This document shows positions 5,906 to 13,084 of a stretch of DNA of 13,084 nt, piece by piece. The position numbers were made by a program, and so were the translations under genes. Position 1 is the first letter of the stretch; every line of letters starts with the position of its first letter. The stretch is from a virus, in the IMG/VR virus record IMGVR_UViG_3300045988_063681, positions 1 to 13,084 of that record; one strand, given 5' to 3'. The notes beneath the pieces are model-generated. The model saw only the letters and a list, made by a program, of their open reading frames with translations, was not told the origin of the DNA and ran no database searches.

Positions 5906-7102
5906 ATGGCAAACAGTTTAGTAGTCCAGGATGCATATTTGATCATTAATGATCTGTACAAGATGGCTACCGGACGGGAGAATATCAAGGCAATAGATAC
6001 AAGTTCTTTTGTAGCTGTGGGTGAAACCATGCTTCGGACAGGTGTAGAACCTACACTGAAAGCACTCAGCCAGTGGTGTGGACGAACCTATTTTGAGATG
6101 GAAAAATACAGATCCGGAGTGTTCCGGTCAATCATTGAGAATAATGAACGCTGGGGAGCTATCACACGTGAGATCATTTCACTTCCGCTGGATGCAGAGG
6201 CATCACAGGATTGGAATACAGACTTGAATGATAAACAGCTTGCCGATGGTCAGTCAGTTGATATGTACAAAATCAACGCTCCAAAAGTAGTGGAGTTGAA
6301 ATTCTATGGTTCAAAAGTTTTACAGTCTCATATAACACGTTTTCGCGACCAGCTGGCACTTGCTTTTTCCAATGAAGCAGAGTTTCTTATGTTTGTAAGC
6401 TCATACATGACAGCATATTACAACGATATTGAATCCAGAAATGAAGCAAAGCGCAGACTGACGGTGCTTAACTTTATGGCGGGTATTTCCTCACTGGGAA
6501 CAAATGAGGTAGATCTTGTAAAGGAATACAATGCATCATACGGTACAGAACTTACAAGAAAGCAACTTTTAAGTCCTGAGCATCACAGGGATTTCATGGC
6601 TTTTGTAGTTGCAAGAATCAAGAAAGATTCAAAGAAGATGCAGGACAGAACTACAAAGTATCATATGAATCTGACTGGAAAAGATATTTTGAGATTCACT
6701 CGACCAGAGAATCAGAAGTTGCTCATGTACACAGATTTCTGGATTGATTCTGAAACACAGGTATTCCCGACAGTCTTTTCTGATGAGCAGCTTAAAATCG
6801 CTGACAAAGAGTTAGTAAACGGCTGGCAGGAGTTCGACAGTCCGGCTATCAATATCACACCTAACATCATTGGTGCTGACGGAGTTTCAAAAACAGCCAC
6901 GAAAGCGGTAACTCTGTCATATGTACTTGGTCTTTTATATGATCGTAGAGCTATGGGGGTTAATAATCAATGGATGTATTCTGCTGTTACCCCATTCAAT
7001 GCGGCAGGTGGCTATTACAATATCTTTGACCACTACCGCTTTAATGCATGGAACAACTTCACACACAATGCAATTCTTTATGTGCTGGGGGAGGGAGTAT
7101 AA
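5906..7102 (+). CDS. Major capsid protein, phi29 gp8-like (HK97 fold), 398 aa
   Basis: A strong SD, AAGGAGGTG, lies 7 nt upstream. EFLMFVSSYMTAYYNDIE resembles phi29 gp8 NFESFVSSIINAIYNSAE as recalled. Size and position (after scaffold, in the structural block) fit. Confidence 0.85.
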   Translation: MANSLVVQDAYLIINDLYKMATGRENIKAIDTSSFVAVGETMLRTGVEPTLKALSQWCGRTYFEMEKYRSGVFRSIIENNERWGAITREIISLPLDAEASQDWNTDLNDKQLADGQSVDMYKINAPKVVELKFYGSKVLQSHITRFRDQLALAFSNEAEFLMFVSSYMTAYYNDIESRNEAKRRLTVLNFMAGISSLGTNEVDLVKEYNASYGTELTRKQLLSPEHHRDFMAFVVARIKKDSKKMQDRTTKYHMNLTGKDILRFTRPENQKLLMYTDFWIDSETQVFPTVFSDEQLKIADKELVNGWQEFDSPAINITPNIIGADGVSKTATKAVTLSYVLGLLYDRRAMGVNNQWMYSAVTPFNAAGGYYNIFDHYRFNAWNNFTHNAILYVLGEGV

Positions 7103-7422
7103 TGTTAACAACAAACATAAAAGTACCTGCTGGTGGTTCAATAGTAGTTTCACTTCCTTTTGAATCTGTTTCGGTGAGAAGACTTTTAATGAATGTGGCA
7201 GCTACTGATGTAGTATTGTATTATGACAATATTCCCTTAATAAATACAAGTTTATACACCGCATTGTATGAATTAAAATTTGAATCGTATTATGGTTTCC
7301 CTGATGCATCACACTTTAAACTCGTAAATAACACAAACAATACTACATATGTGAAAGTATTAATTGATACAGTACCCAGCACACAAATTAATGAGAATTA
7401 TTTTACGGAGGTTACAATATGA
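7102..7422 (+). CDS. Hypothetical small structural protein, 106 aa (in the position of a head decoration or fibre protein)
   Basis: The track ORF starts at 7048, inside the capsid gene. ATG7102 overlaps the capsid stop (TAATG) with GGAGGGAG upstream. The sequence looks beta-rich and N/T-rich. The functional call rests only on synteny with phi29 gp8.5. Confidence 0.5.
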   Translation: MLTTNIKVPAGGSIVVSLPFESVSVRRLLMNVAATDVVLYYDNIPLINTSLYTALYELKFESYYGFPDASHFKLVNNTNNTTYVKVLIDTVPSTQINENYFTEVTI

Positions 7423-7643
7423 TGGACACATTTTTGACAATTCTTGGCAACTATGCTTTTCCAATCGTATGCTGTTGTGTTATGGCATACTTTGTCAAAT
7501 ACATGTACGATCAGACCAATCAGAGAGTTGACAAACTCAACGAGGAACACAAAAATGAAGTTGATACACTTTCTGAAGTTATTAAAAATAACACGCTTGC
7601 GATTGAAAAAATGAACTCTTTAATCGAACACTTGGGAAAGTAG
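7419..7643 (+). CDS. Holin, BhlA/UviB-like, 74 aa
   Basis: It has an N-terminal transmembrane segment (FLTILGNYAFPIVCCCVMAYFVKY) followed by a charged coiled-coil tail (DKLNEEHKNEVDTLSEVIKNNTLAIEKMNSLIEHL). This is the architecture of BhlA/UviB holin-like proteins. It lies directly upstream of the lysin. Confidence 0.7.
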   Translation: MMDTFLTILGNYAFPIVCCCVMAYFVKYMYDQTNQRVDKLNEEHKNEVDTLSEVIKNNTLAIEKMNSLIEHLGK

Positions 7644-7653
7644 GGATGATAAA

Positions 7654-8310
7654 ATGACAGCGAACGAACTTGTCGAAAATGCAAAGGAATTACTTGGAGT
7701 TAGATATGTGTGGGGTGGTTCAACCCCCACACAAGGACTTGATTGTTCTGGATTGCTTTACTGGATCCAGAAAAAAGCAGGGTCAAATGTTGGAAGACTG
7801 ACGGCATCAAGCTATTCAAAGCTTGGAACAAAGGTTCCGATTGGAGAGCAAAAAGTAGGTGATTTTCTTTTTTTCGGTACTCCAGTAACTCATTGTGCCA
7901 TTTTCATAGGATACGGATATATGATTGAAGCTAGAGGTGGCAGAAAAAACACTGCTGACAATCCAGGTGTTGGTGTAGTCAAAAGCCTTGTAACTCGTAG
8001 GTCTGACTTATCCTGCATCCGCAGGGTATGGGATGAATATAATGAAGCATTGACCTATTCGATTGGAAAAACATATACAACCAGAGTCGATCATTTACAT
8101 GTTCGTTATTCAGTATGGGGTCAGATCAAAGAATATGGACAGCTGACACGGGACGGCATGAAACATGCCTATTCTGATGGATGCTTGAAAAAAGGAACCA
8201 CAGTTACTGTAAAAGATATCAAAAAGGATGAAACCGGAGCAACGTGGGTCAAGATTCCATCTGGTTGGATCTGTGCCATCACGGCAAAAGGGAATGTTTA
8301 TTTATCATGA
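7654..8310 (+). CDS. Endolysin: NlpC/P60 cysteine endopeptidase with a C-terminal SH3-like wall-binding domain, 218 aa
   Basis: GVRYVWGGSTPTQGLDCSGLLYWI contains the catalytic Cys motif, and THCAIFIGYGYMIEA carries the His. The C-terminal segment KKGTTVTVKDIKKDETGATWVKIPSGWICA is typical of bacterial SH3 domains. Confidence 0.9.
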   Translation: MTANELVENAKELLGVRYVWGGSTPTQGLDCSGLLYWIQKKAGSNVGRLTASSYSKLGTKVPIGEQKVGDFLFFGTPVTHCAIFIGYGYMIEARGGRKNTADNPGVGVVKSLVTRRSDLSCIRRVWDEYNEALTYSIGKTYTTRVDHLHVRYSVWGQIKEYGQLTRDGMKHAYSDGCLKKGTTVTVKDIKKDETGATWVKIPSGWICAITAKGNVYLS

Positions 8311-9650
8311 CAGAGATTATCTTATTTCATTTTTCAAAACGAAAAAATAGTACAAAAAGACCAACAGAACAGGGAACTGCGGTTCCCTGTCTTTTAAAAT
8401 CAAATACAACTTTTCAAAATCCAGTGTTCAAATTAAAATTATCATTAGATAATGCATTGCAATATAATTATCTGAAATGGGCTGACCATTACTATTTTAT
8501 CAGCTCAACGGTATCATTAAATACTGACATGGTTGAGATTTCAGCGAGTGAGGATGTGCTGGCAACTTACCGGACAGAGATCAACAACTATACATGCTTC
8601 ATTGAGAGATCCAGTAAGCAGACTACGCTTGCAAATGATTCCATGTATATTCCGACAAATGACTGGGTTAGTCAGTCTACGATAGTCGGACAGCCGATAA
8701 ACACGTTTGTGAATGGGTATGCCAGAAACTATCTGTTGCGGACTATTTCACTAGATGGAATAAGCACTTATTATGTGACAGGGAGACAATTAGATGATCT
8801 GATGCAATTCATGTACACATTTGGATCAATTCCAGACGTGATTGAGTCAGCACTTACACGTTTACTTTTCAATCCATTTCAGTATATCGTAGATTTAAAA
8901 TGGCTACCATTCCGATTAAGCTCATTCTTGAATATTGCCGATAATATCAAGCTTGGCTACTGGGATAGCAATGTAACTGCGGCATTAATTAATGATGCAA
9001 CATGTACTTTTTCCTACGATTTAACCCTTGGGAATCCCTTATACGCTGATACTGATTTCAGATTTTACAATCCTGCTTTTTCAAAGTATAGTGTTAAGCT
9101 TCCATTTGTGGGGGTTATTCCTGTCAATCCAACAAAGACCCATAAGGGACAGTTAAAAGCTACTTATAACTTTGATGCTGTTTCCGGAATGGCTGACGTT
9201 TGGCTCACTTCCGGATCAGATGAATATGCACATTTCCAATGTCAGCTTGCCGTTCCAGTGCAAATTGGATATGCCACAACAAACATTGGTCACCTTACGA
9301 CAAGCTTGATAGACGTTGGCACAAGCCTTGCTTCTGGTAACCCGATTGGAGCTGTCACAAATACATTGGGTGCTTTCCAGAGTGTGACCTCACCAGAACC
9401 TAACATGGTAGGAACTGTTGGAAATATCAGCAATATACTTAATAACATGGATGCAAACAGTATCTGCTATGCCTGCACAAGCATAGATCCAGATAGAGCA
9501 AGTGAGGGTTATATAGATGGGACTATCCGGTCTATATCTGCACTGAGTGGTTTTGTAAAGTGCAGGAATGCATCTATCCAGATTGCAGGATTCGAGGGGG
9601 ATCAGGAACAGGTAAATAGTTATCTTAACAATGGATTCTATTTTGAATAA
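8307..9650 (+). CDS. Tail knob / major tail protein, phi29 gp9-like, 447 aa
   Basis: The track start at 8244 lies inside the lysin gene. ATG8307 overlaps the lysin stop (ATGA). The N-terminal region (MTEIILFHFSKRKNSTKRP...YNYLKWADHYYFISSTVSLNTDMVEISASEDVLATY) resembles the N-terminal domain of phi29 gp9-type tail proteins (...YIMFQNADYGNKWFYAFVTELEF...VHFEIDVLQTW, as recalled). It lies directly upstream of the portal, as gp9 does. Confidence 0.65.
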   Translation: MTEIILFHFSKRKNSTKRPTEQGTAVPCLLKSNTTFQNPVFKLKLSLDNALQYNYLKWADHYYFISSTVSLNTDMVEISASEDVLATYRTEINNYTCFIERSSKQTTLANDSMYIPTNDWVSQSTIVGQPINTFVNGYARNYLLRTISLDGISTYYVTGRQLDDLMQFMYTFGSIPDVIESALTRLLFNPFQYIVDLKWLPFRLSSFLNIADNIKLGYWDSNVTAALINDATCTFSYDLTLGNPLYADTDFRFYNPAFSKYSVKLPFVGVIPVNPTKTHKGQLKATYNFDAVSGMADVWLTSGSDEYAHFQCQLAVPVQIGYATTNIGHLTTSLIDVGTSLASGNPIGAVTNTLGAFQSVTSPEPNMVGTVGNISNILNNMDANSICYACTSIDPDRASEGYIDGTIRSISALSGFVKCRNASIQIAGFEGDQEQVNSYLNNGFYFE

Positions 9651-9665
9651 AGGAGGGATGAAAAC

Positions 9666-10586
9666 ATGTGGGCACCTATGAATTTTGACAAGATCAATAT
9701 ATGTACAAATTACTTCCAGCCGTCCGGAATAAAAGTAAGCAGCATTTATACAGATATTTTTGATCGCATGCTTTATGAGCGTGTATGCTCTGTACTTGAG
9801 ATTAAATATAACGCAAACATTGACATTGATTACTTCAAATATTGCTTACTGTTCGGTGGCTATATTTCCATCACAAAGACAGATCTTTATGGACATATTG
9901 CACAGTATCCAACATTGACAGGCTATAGCATTTATTTTAAGCCTACAAGAGCAAGTATACACACATATGCAAGCAATGCCACGATTGAGATTGAGGACAT
10001 GGAGATTGGAAAAGACTGTTCTGTCATCTATCTCAGACCTACATTCTGCGGAATTGGGGATATCATTGGATTTTATAGTTATAAATTAGCATTGGTAGCA
10101 AGTGCTTTTGACATGAATGTTTTTAATTCAAAACTTGCTTTTCTGATAGCTGCGAAAAACAAGGCGTCAGCTCAGACATTGAAAAAAATCTATGATAGCA
10201 TACAGGCTGGTAATCCAGTTGAAGCTTTTGACGTATCCATAAAAACAGAAGATAGACAAGGAAGCAAGCAGGATGCATGGGAGAGCTTCAACAAAGATTT
10301 AAAACAAAATTTCATAGCACCGGAGCTGATTGAGGTTTTTGAAAAACTTCTGGATCAGTTCGATACAGAGGTGGGGATCCCATCTGTCGGATCTGATAAA
10401 AAAGAACGTCTGAATGTACTTGAAACAAGCAAAAATGATGCAGAATCCGTGACACGGTTAACTACTTGGCTTGAGACAATGCAAGTAGGAGTGGATATGA
10501 CAAACAGGCTTTACCCGGAGATGAATCTGTCAATCAAGATCAGAAGCTATGAAACTGCGGAGGTGAAAAGTTATGGGACTTTATAA
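9666..10586 (+). CDS. Portal / upper collar connector, phi29 gp10-like, 306 aa
   Basis: AGGAGG lies upstream. KKERLNVLETSKNDAES matches phi29 gp10 KKERMVTDEVSSNDEQ; LKKIYDSIQAGNPVEAF matches LKQVYNQYEGNAPVIF; CSVIYLR matches GVVIYNN (as recalled). The size is close to gp10 (309 aa). Confidence 0.88.
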   Translation: MWAPMNFDKINICTNYFQPSGIKVSSIYTDIFDRMLYERVCSVLEIKYNANIDIDYFKYCLLFGGYISITKTDLYGHIAQYPTLTGYSIYFKPTRASIHTYASNATIEIEDMEIGKDCSVIYLRPTFCGIGDIIGFYSYKLALVASAFDMNVFNSKLAFLIAAKNKASAQTLKKIYDSIQAGNPVEAFDVSIKTEDRQGSKQDAWESFNKDLKQNFIAPELIEVFEKLLDQFDTEVGIPSVGSDKKERLNVLETSKNDAESVTRLTTWLETMQVGVDMTNRLYPEMNLSIKIRSYETAEVKSYGTL

Positions 10587-11262
10587 GGTTACGATAGCAG
10601 GACTTTATGAATGGAACAATAGTCTGTTTGACAAGATGGAGTTCCCAGAATCAGCATACAGACAGAACTTTATCGACAGCTTGCTTCTGTCATATGGCGA
10701 TTGTGAACCACTTTATCCGGACTGGGATTTCATGCATGAGAGTGCTATTCCAGCATGGAGTAGGAAATGGAAAAGCAGCATTGACAAGGTTTATAAAGTG
10801 TTAGACTTACTTAACTATGAACCAATTGAAAACTATGACCGCTATGAAGAATGGACAGATAGCCCGGATATGACACGAACAAGTCAAACTTACGGGCAGG
10901 ATGTAAACAGGGCAGAAGCTGGACAGGGAACCACTACGACCAACTCCGGGGCAGATACAGCTACCAATGATGTCAGTGCTTTTAATGATGCAAGCTATAG
11001 CCCAAACGAAAAAACAACTACAGAGTACGGCGGTAGCACAATGGTGCAAAGCTCCGGTGAAAATAAAAACACGTTTGAATATGGCAAGGGTGAAACAAGC
11101 AAAGAGACAGGACAGAATAAGCACTCCGGGCGTATTCATGGCAATATTGGTGTAACTACATCACAGCAAATGATCCAGTCAGAGCTTGAGCTGAGGAAGC
11201 AAAGCTTTATTGATTATTGCACCGGACTTTTTGCACAGGATCTTCTTTTATTAACTTATTAA
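10573..11262 (+). CDS. Lower collar protein, phi29 gp11-like, 229 aa
   Basis: GGAGGTG lies 7 nt upstream, and the ORF overlaps the portal gene by 14 nt. It sits directly after the portal, as gp11 does. The HGNIGVTTSQQMIQSELELR motif recurs in small-podovirus collar proteins as I recall. The central region is low-complexity and G/T/N-rich. Confidence 0.55.
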   Translation: MGLYKVTIAGLYEWNNSLFDKMEFPESAYRQNFIDSLLLSYGDCEPLYPDWDFMHESAIPAWSRKWKSSIDKVYKVLDLLNYEPIENYDRYEEWTDSPDMTRTSQTYGQDVNRAEAGQGTTTTNSGADTATNDVSAFNDASYSPNEKTTTEYGGSTMVQSSGENKNTFEYGKGETSKETGQNKHSGRIHGNIGVTTSQQMIQSELELRKQSFIDYCTGLFAQDLLLLTY

Positions 11263-11275
11263 GGAGGAATAAATT

Positions 11276-12532
11276 ATGTATTTCAGATACCCACACAGTG
11301 GATCACAAGATATGAACTTAGACTGGTTGCTTAAAGTTGGCAAACAGGCTGACAAGGATCATGAGGAATGGACGCATATAAAAGATACTGCACAAACTAT
11401 GATTGATGATGCAATTCAGAAAAGTCTGGATGATGGAGAGATCGGAAAAGTAGTAAATGATGCCACTACAAAAGTAATCAACGAACAGATTGACCCATTA
11501 AAAGAACAGGTTGGAACAAATACAACTGAAATAACAAAGTTACAAAAAAGAGAAGGACTTTTTGACCATTCCGGGAAAACTATCATCATCGGAGACAGCT
11601 ACACCGTTGGTTATACTCCGGAGGGTAACATAACGCCTTGGACTACTAACTTTATCAAGTATACCGGACTTGAGAATGTCACAATCTCCGCAAATGGTGG
11701 GGCATCTTTCTCAACAGCTGATAACTCATTTCTTATGCTGTTAAATGCCGTACCAGCTTCTAATGAGGTCAAACAGATCCTCGTTGTAGGTGGATTTAAT
11801 GAGTTCGGAACCTATTCAGAAATTGAAAATGGAATCAATAGTTTTATGGGAGTGGCAGAAGCGAGATTTCCGAACGCAAAAGTATTTTCTGCTATGGTTG
11901 CATGGTCAGTAGATCGGACGGATGATCCAACTGTACAGAATAGAATTAAGATTGCAAAATCTGTATATAACACCCAGAGAAAGAATTGGCGATATCTGGC
12001 AGGCTCAGACTATATTCTTCATGCTGATGGCTTTCTCGCTTCTGATGGCTTCCATCCAAACATAACCGGACAGGAGAGGCTTGCAAGCTATCTTGCTACC
12101 GCTGTTGAAACAGGGGCTTGCAGTCCATCATTTTATGAAGTCGTTGCAAACTTTGAAGCTGGTGACTTTGCACCTGCTCCGGGATCAAGTTGGACGTTTA
12201 TAAGTTCCTACAATGAGAGCACAAGCACTCTTATCTGGAGCAACTATGTTTGCCTCCCAAACAGCGGAACACTTACCTGTGATGGCACTGAGTATCGTTT
12301 GGGGCGTATTTTCTCAACGTCATTTATTGGAGATAATAACGGTTATACCTGTTATCCAACAACTGTGATCGTTAAGTCTGTCAGTGACTTCTATCATATC
12401 CCTGCACAGCTTAACTTCCGAGGTCGACATATTTATTTGAGCTTGTATGATGTTTCTGATGACAAGCACAACTACCGGACGTTGACAGAGGTCACACAGG
12501 TACAGATTCATAGAGGTTCTATCACGATGTAA
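11276..12532 (+). CDS. Tail appendage or fibre with an SGNH/GDSL hydrolase (esterase) domain, 418 aa
   Basis: AAGGAGG lies upstream. The N-terminal region includes a coiled-coil segment (INEQIDPLKEQVGTNTTEITKLQKR). SGNH blocks: I IIIGDSYTVGY (G106-D107-S108, 11591-11599); II SANGGASF; III VVGGFNEF; V SDGFHPN. There is a C-terminal domain of about 130 aa. It is the last gene of the structural operon, in the gp12 position. Confidence 0.8.
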   Translation: MYFRYPHSGSQDMNLDWLLKVGKQADKDHEEWTHIKDTAQTMIDDAIQKSLDDGEIGKVVNDATTKVINEQIDPLKEQVGTNTTEITKLQKREGLFDHSGKTIIIGDSYTVGYTPEGNITPWTTNFIKYTGLENVTISANGGASFSTADNSFLMLLNAVPASNEVKQILVVGGFNEFGTYSEIENGINSFMGVAEARFPNAKVFSAMVAWSVDRTDDPTVQNRIKIAKSVYNTQRKNWRYLAGSDYILHADGFLASDGFHPNITGQERLASYLATAVETGACSPSFYEVVANFEAGDFAPAPGSSWTFISSYNESTSTLIWSNYVCLPNSGTLTCDGTEYRLGRIFSTSFIGDNNGYTCYPTTVIVKSVSDFYHIPAQLNFRGRHIYLSLYDVSDDKHNYRTLTEVTQVQIHRGSITM

Positions 12533-12855
12533 AAATAAAAAAACGGTAGCCCAGCATTCGCTGGGCTACCGTTTTTATTTTTTGCATCTGCCAAAAGCTT
12601 TCTGAGTAGCTTGATTACTGACCAATTTGTTGATGCTTTGTAGATTTCAAGGCCTTTAAATGGGTGATAGTGAGCTACAGACCAATCTTTAAATCCTGTC
12701 AAAGCTATTTCGACATAATCTAAATAGCAAAGATAGTATACTGACATATATTCCTCATCTTCGGATAGTTCACAGATAAAGCCTTGCTTTTCAAGGTCTT
12801 TAGCAAGCTGTTTGAAATTCATTGTGTCCTTATTGTAATATTGATTGTATTTCAT
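12508..12855 (-). CDS. Hypothetical right-end early protein, 115 aa as read (folded part probably about 90 aa)
   Basis: ATG12855 is 7 nt after the ITR-borne AGGAGG and is driven by the ITR-R promoter. The last ~25 codons are encoded by the terminator hairpin, its U-tract and the 3' end of the convergent gene; the stop is at 12510-12508. I recognise no family. Confidence 0.6.
   Translation of the reverse strand: MKYNQYYNKDTMNFKQLAKDLEKQGFICELSEDEEYMSVYYLCYLDYVEIALTGFKDWSVAHYHPFKGLEIYKASTNWSVIKLLRKLLADAKNKNGSPANAGLPFFYFYIVIEPL
12539..12583. terminator. Bidirectional rho-independent terminator
   Basis: A 12-bp GC-rich stem, CGGTAGCCCAGC (12544-12555) pairing with GCTGGGCTACCG (12560-12571), has loop ATTC. 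It is extended by A5/T5 pairs, preceded by AAAAATAAAAAAA and followed by TTTTTATTTTTT, so a U-tract is present in both orientations. It lies between the convergent genes. Confidence 0.9.
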
Positions 12856-12862
12856 GTTTCAT

Positions 12863-13084
12863 CCTCCTACCTTATGGCTGTTGCTTGATTTATTTGATAA
12901 GTCTATTATAGCTCATTTGAACTAAATGTCAACAGAATAAGTGACAGACTTTATATGATATTGTCAGACAATTTAATGTTATAGTTGCCTAGCAAGATTC
13001 ATGCCAGTTTTACAATTATGAACGAAATATGAACAGATTGGGGAAATGTTAACAATTTGTTCACAGGTTTGTCTTGCCAAGTTT
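12863..13084. repeat. Right inverted terminal repeat (ITR-R), 222 bp
   Basis: Reverse complement of 1-222 with one mismatch at 12912. The window ends TTT-3'. CCTCCT at 12863-12868 is the SD for the leftward gene that starts at 12855. Confidence 0.95.
12905..12932 (-). promoter_or_regulatory. Early promoter inside ITR-R, mirror copy firing leftward
   Basis: On the minus strand, TTGACA (12932-12927), 16 nt, TATAAT (12910-12905). It is the same cassette as 153-180 except for the substitution at 12912 in the spacer. It drives the ORF at 12855..12508. Confidence 0.7.

Noticed and set aside
7048-7101. Upstream extensions of track ORFs (7048 start for the small structural ORF; likewise 8244-8306 for the tail knob and GTG223 for the first ORF)
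   Set aside because: The extensions lie inside the preceding genes. Downstream in-frame ATGs sit at stop-start overlaps (TAATG, ATGA) or at proper SD spacing.
6712-7163. ORFs 6712-6900 (-), 6935-7153 (-) and 6921-7163 (+) overlapping the capsid gene end
   Set aside because: They are nested in or antisense to the capsid gene, have no SD, and give low-complexity, implausible peptides.
10607-11155. ORFs 10607-10804 (+), 10967-11155 (+) and 10807-11139 (-) inside the lower-collar gene
   Set aside because: They are alternative or antisense frames of a gene with a strong SD and operon context. The Cys-rich translations are typical of spurious frames.
12320-12511. Minus-strand ORF 12320-12511 inside the appendage gene
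   Set aside because: It is antisense to the 3' end of the appendage gene and lies beyond the bidirectional terminator for leftward transcription. It has no SD.
12863-13084. An outward-facing promoter in the ITR (TTGCTT-17-TATTAT, about 12882-12910 on + in ITR-R) giving a run-off RNA of about 170 nt, the size of phi29 pRNA
   Set aside because: The -35 is poor, and the -10 is only the back side of the inward TATAAT. I could not hand-fold a convincing structure or terminator; there is only a 6-bp mismatched stem before TTTT near 12990-13010. It is worth a strand-specific RNA-seq check but is not supportable from sequence alone.
1-13084. The ITRs as transposon terminal inverted repeats or the element as a linear plasmid; CRISPR arrays; lysogeny module
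   Set aside because: There is no transposase, integrase, repressor or partition gene, and no spaced direct-repeat array. A full virion gene set plus protein-primed PolB makes a phage genome the simpler reading.

Overview
The window reads as a complete linear genome (13,084 bp) of a very small phi29-like, protein-primed dsDNA podophage. It starts and ends exactly on a 222-bp inverted terminal repeat (ITR) with one mismatch, and the ends are 5'-AAA...TTT-3'. All genes but one are on the + strand. In order they are: two small early ORFs; a candidate terminal protein; a protein-primed family-B DNA polymerase; three micro-ORFs; a SpoVG-family nucleic-acid-binding protein translationally coupled to a phi29 gp16-type packaging ATPase; a GC-rich structured non-coding element behind a near-consensus promoter; scaffold; phi29 gp8-like major capsid protein; a small structural ORF; a BhlA/UviB-like holin; an NlpC/P60+SH3 endolysin; a gp9-like tail knob; a gp10-like portal; a gp11-like lower collar; and a tail appendage with an SGNH/GDSL esterase domain. 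A strong bidirectional terminator follows, then one leftward gene driven from the right ITR. I see no integrase, repressor, tRNA or CRISPR, so the phage is probably virulent. Low G+C, AGGAGGTG-type Shine-Dalgarno (SD) sites, SpoVG, the BhlA-type holin and NlpC/P60-SH3 point to a Firmicutes (possibly clostridial or gut) host, and TGA is used as a stop codon. Five things deserve follow-up. (1) Each ITR carries a complete promoter, 5'UTR and SD cassette feeding different genes at the two ends. (2) The only ITR mismatch falls in an operator-like palindrome in that promoter. (3) A candidate three-way-junction RNA lies next to the packaging ATPase gene. (4) The phage encodes a SpoVG homologue. (5) The right-end gene has its stop codon beyond the terminator. 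All homology statements rest on motif recognition and remembered reference sequences, not on searches.
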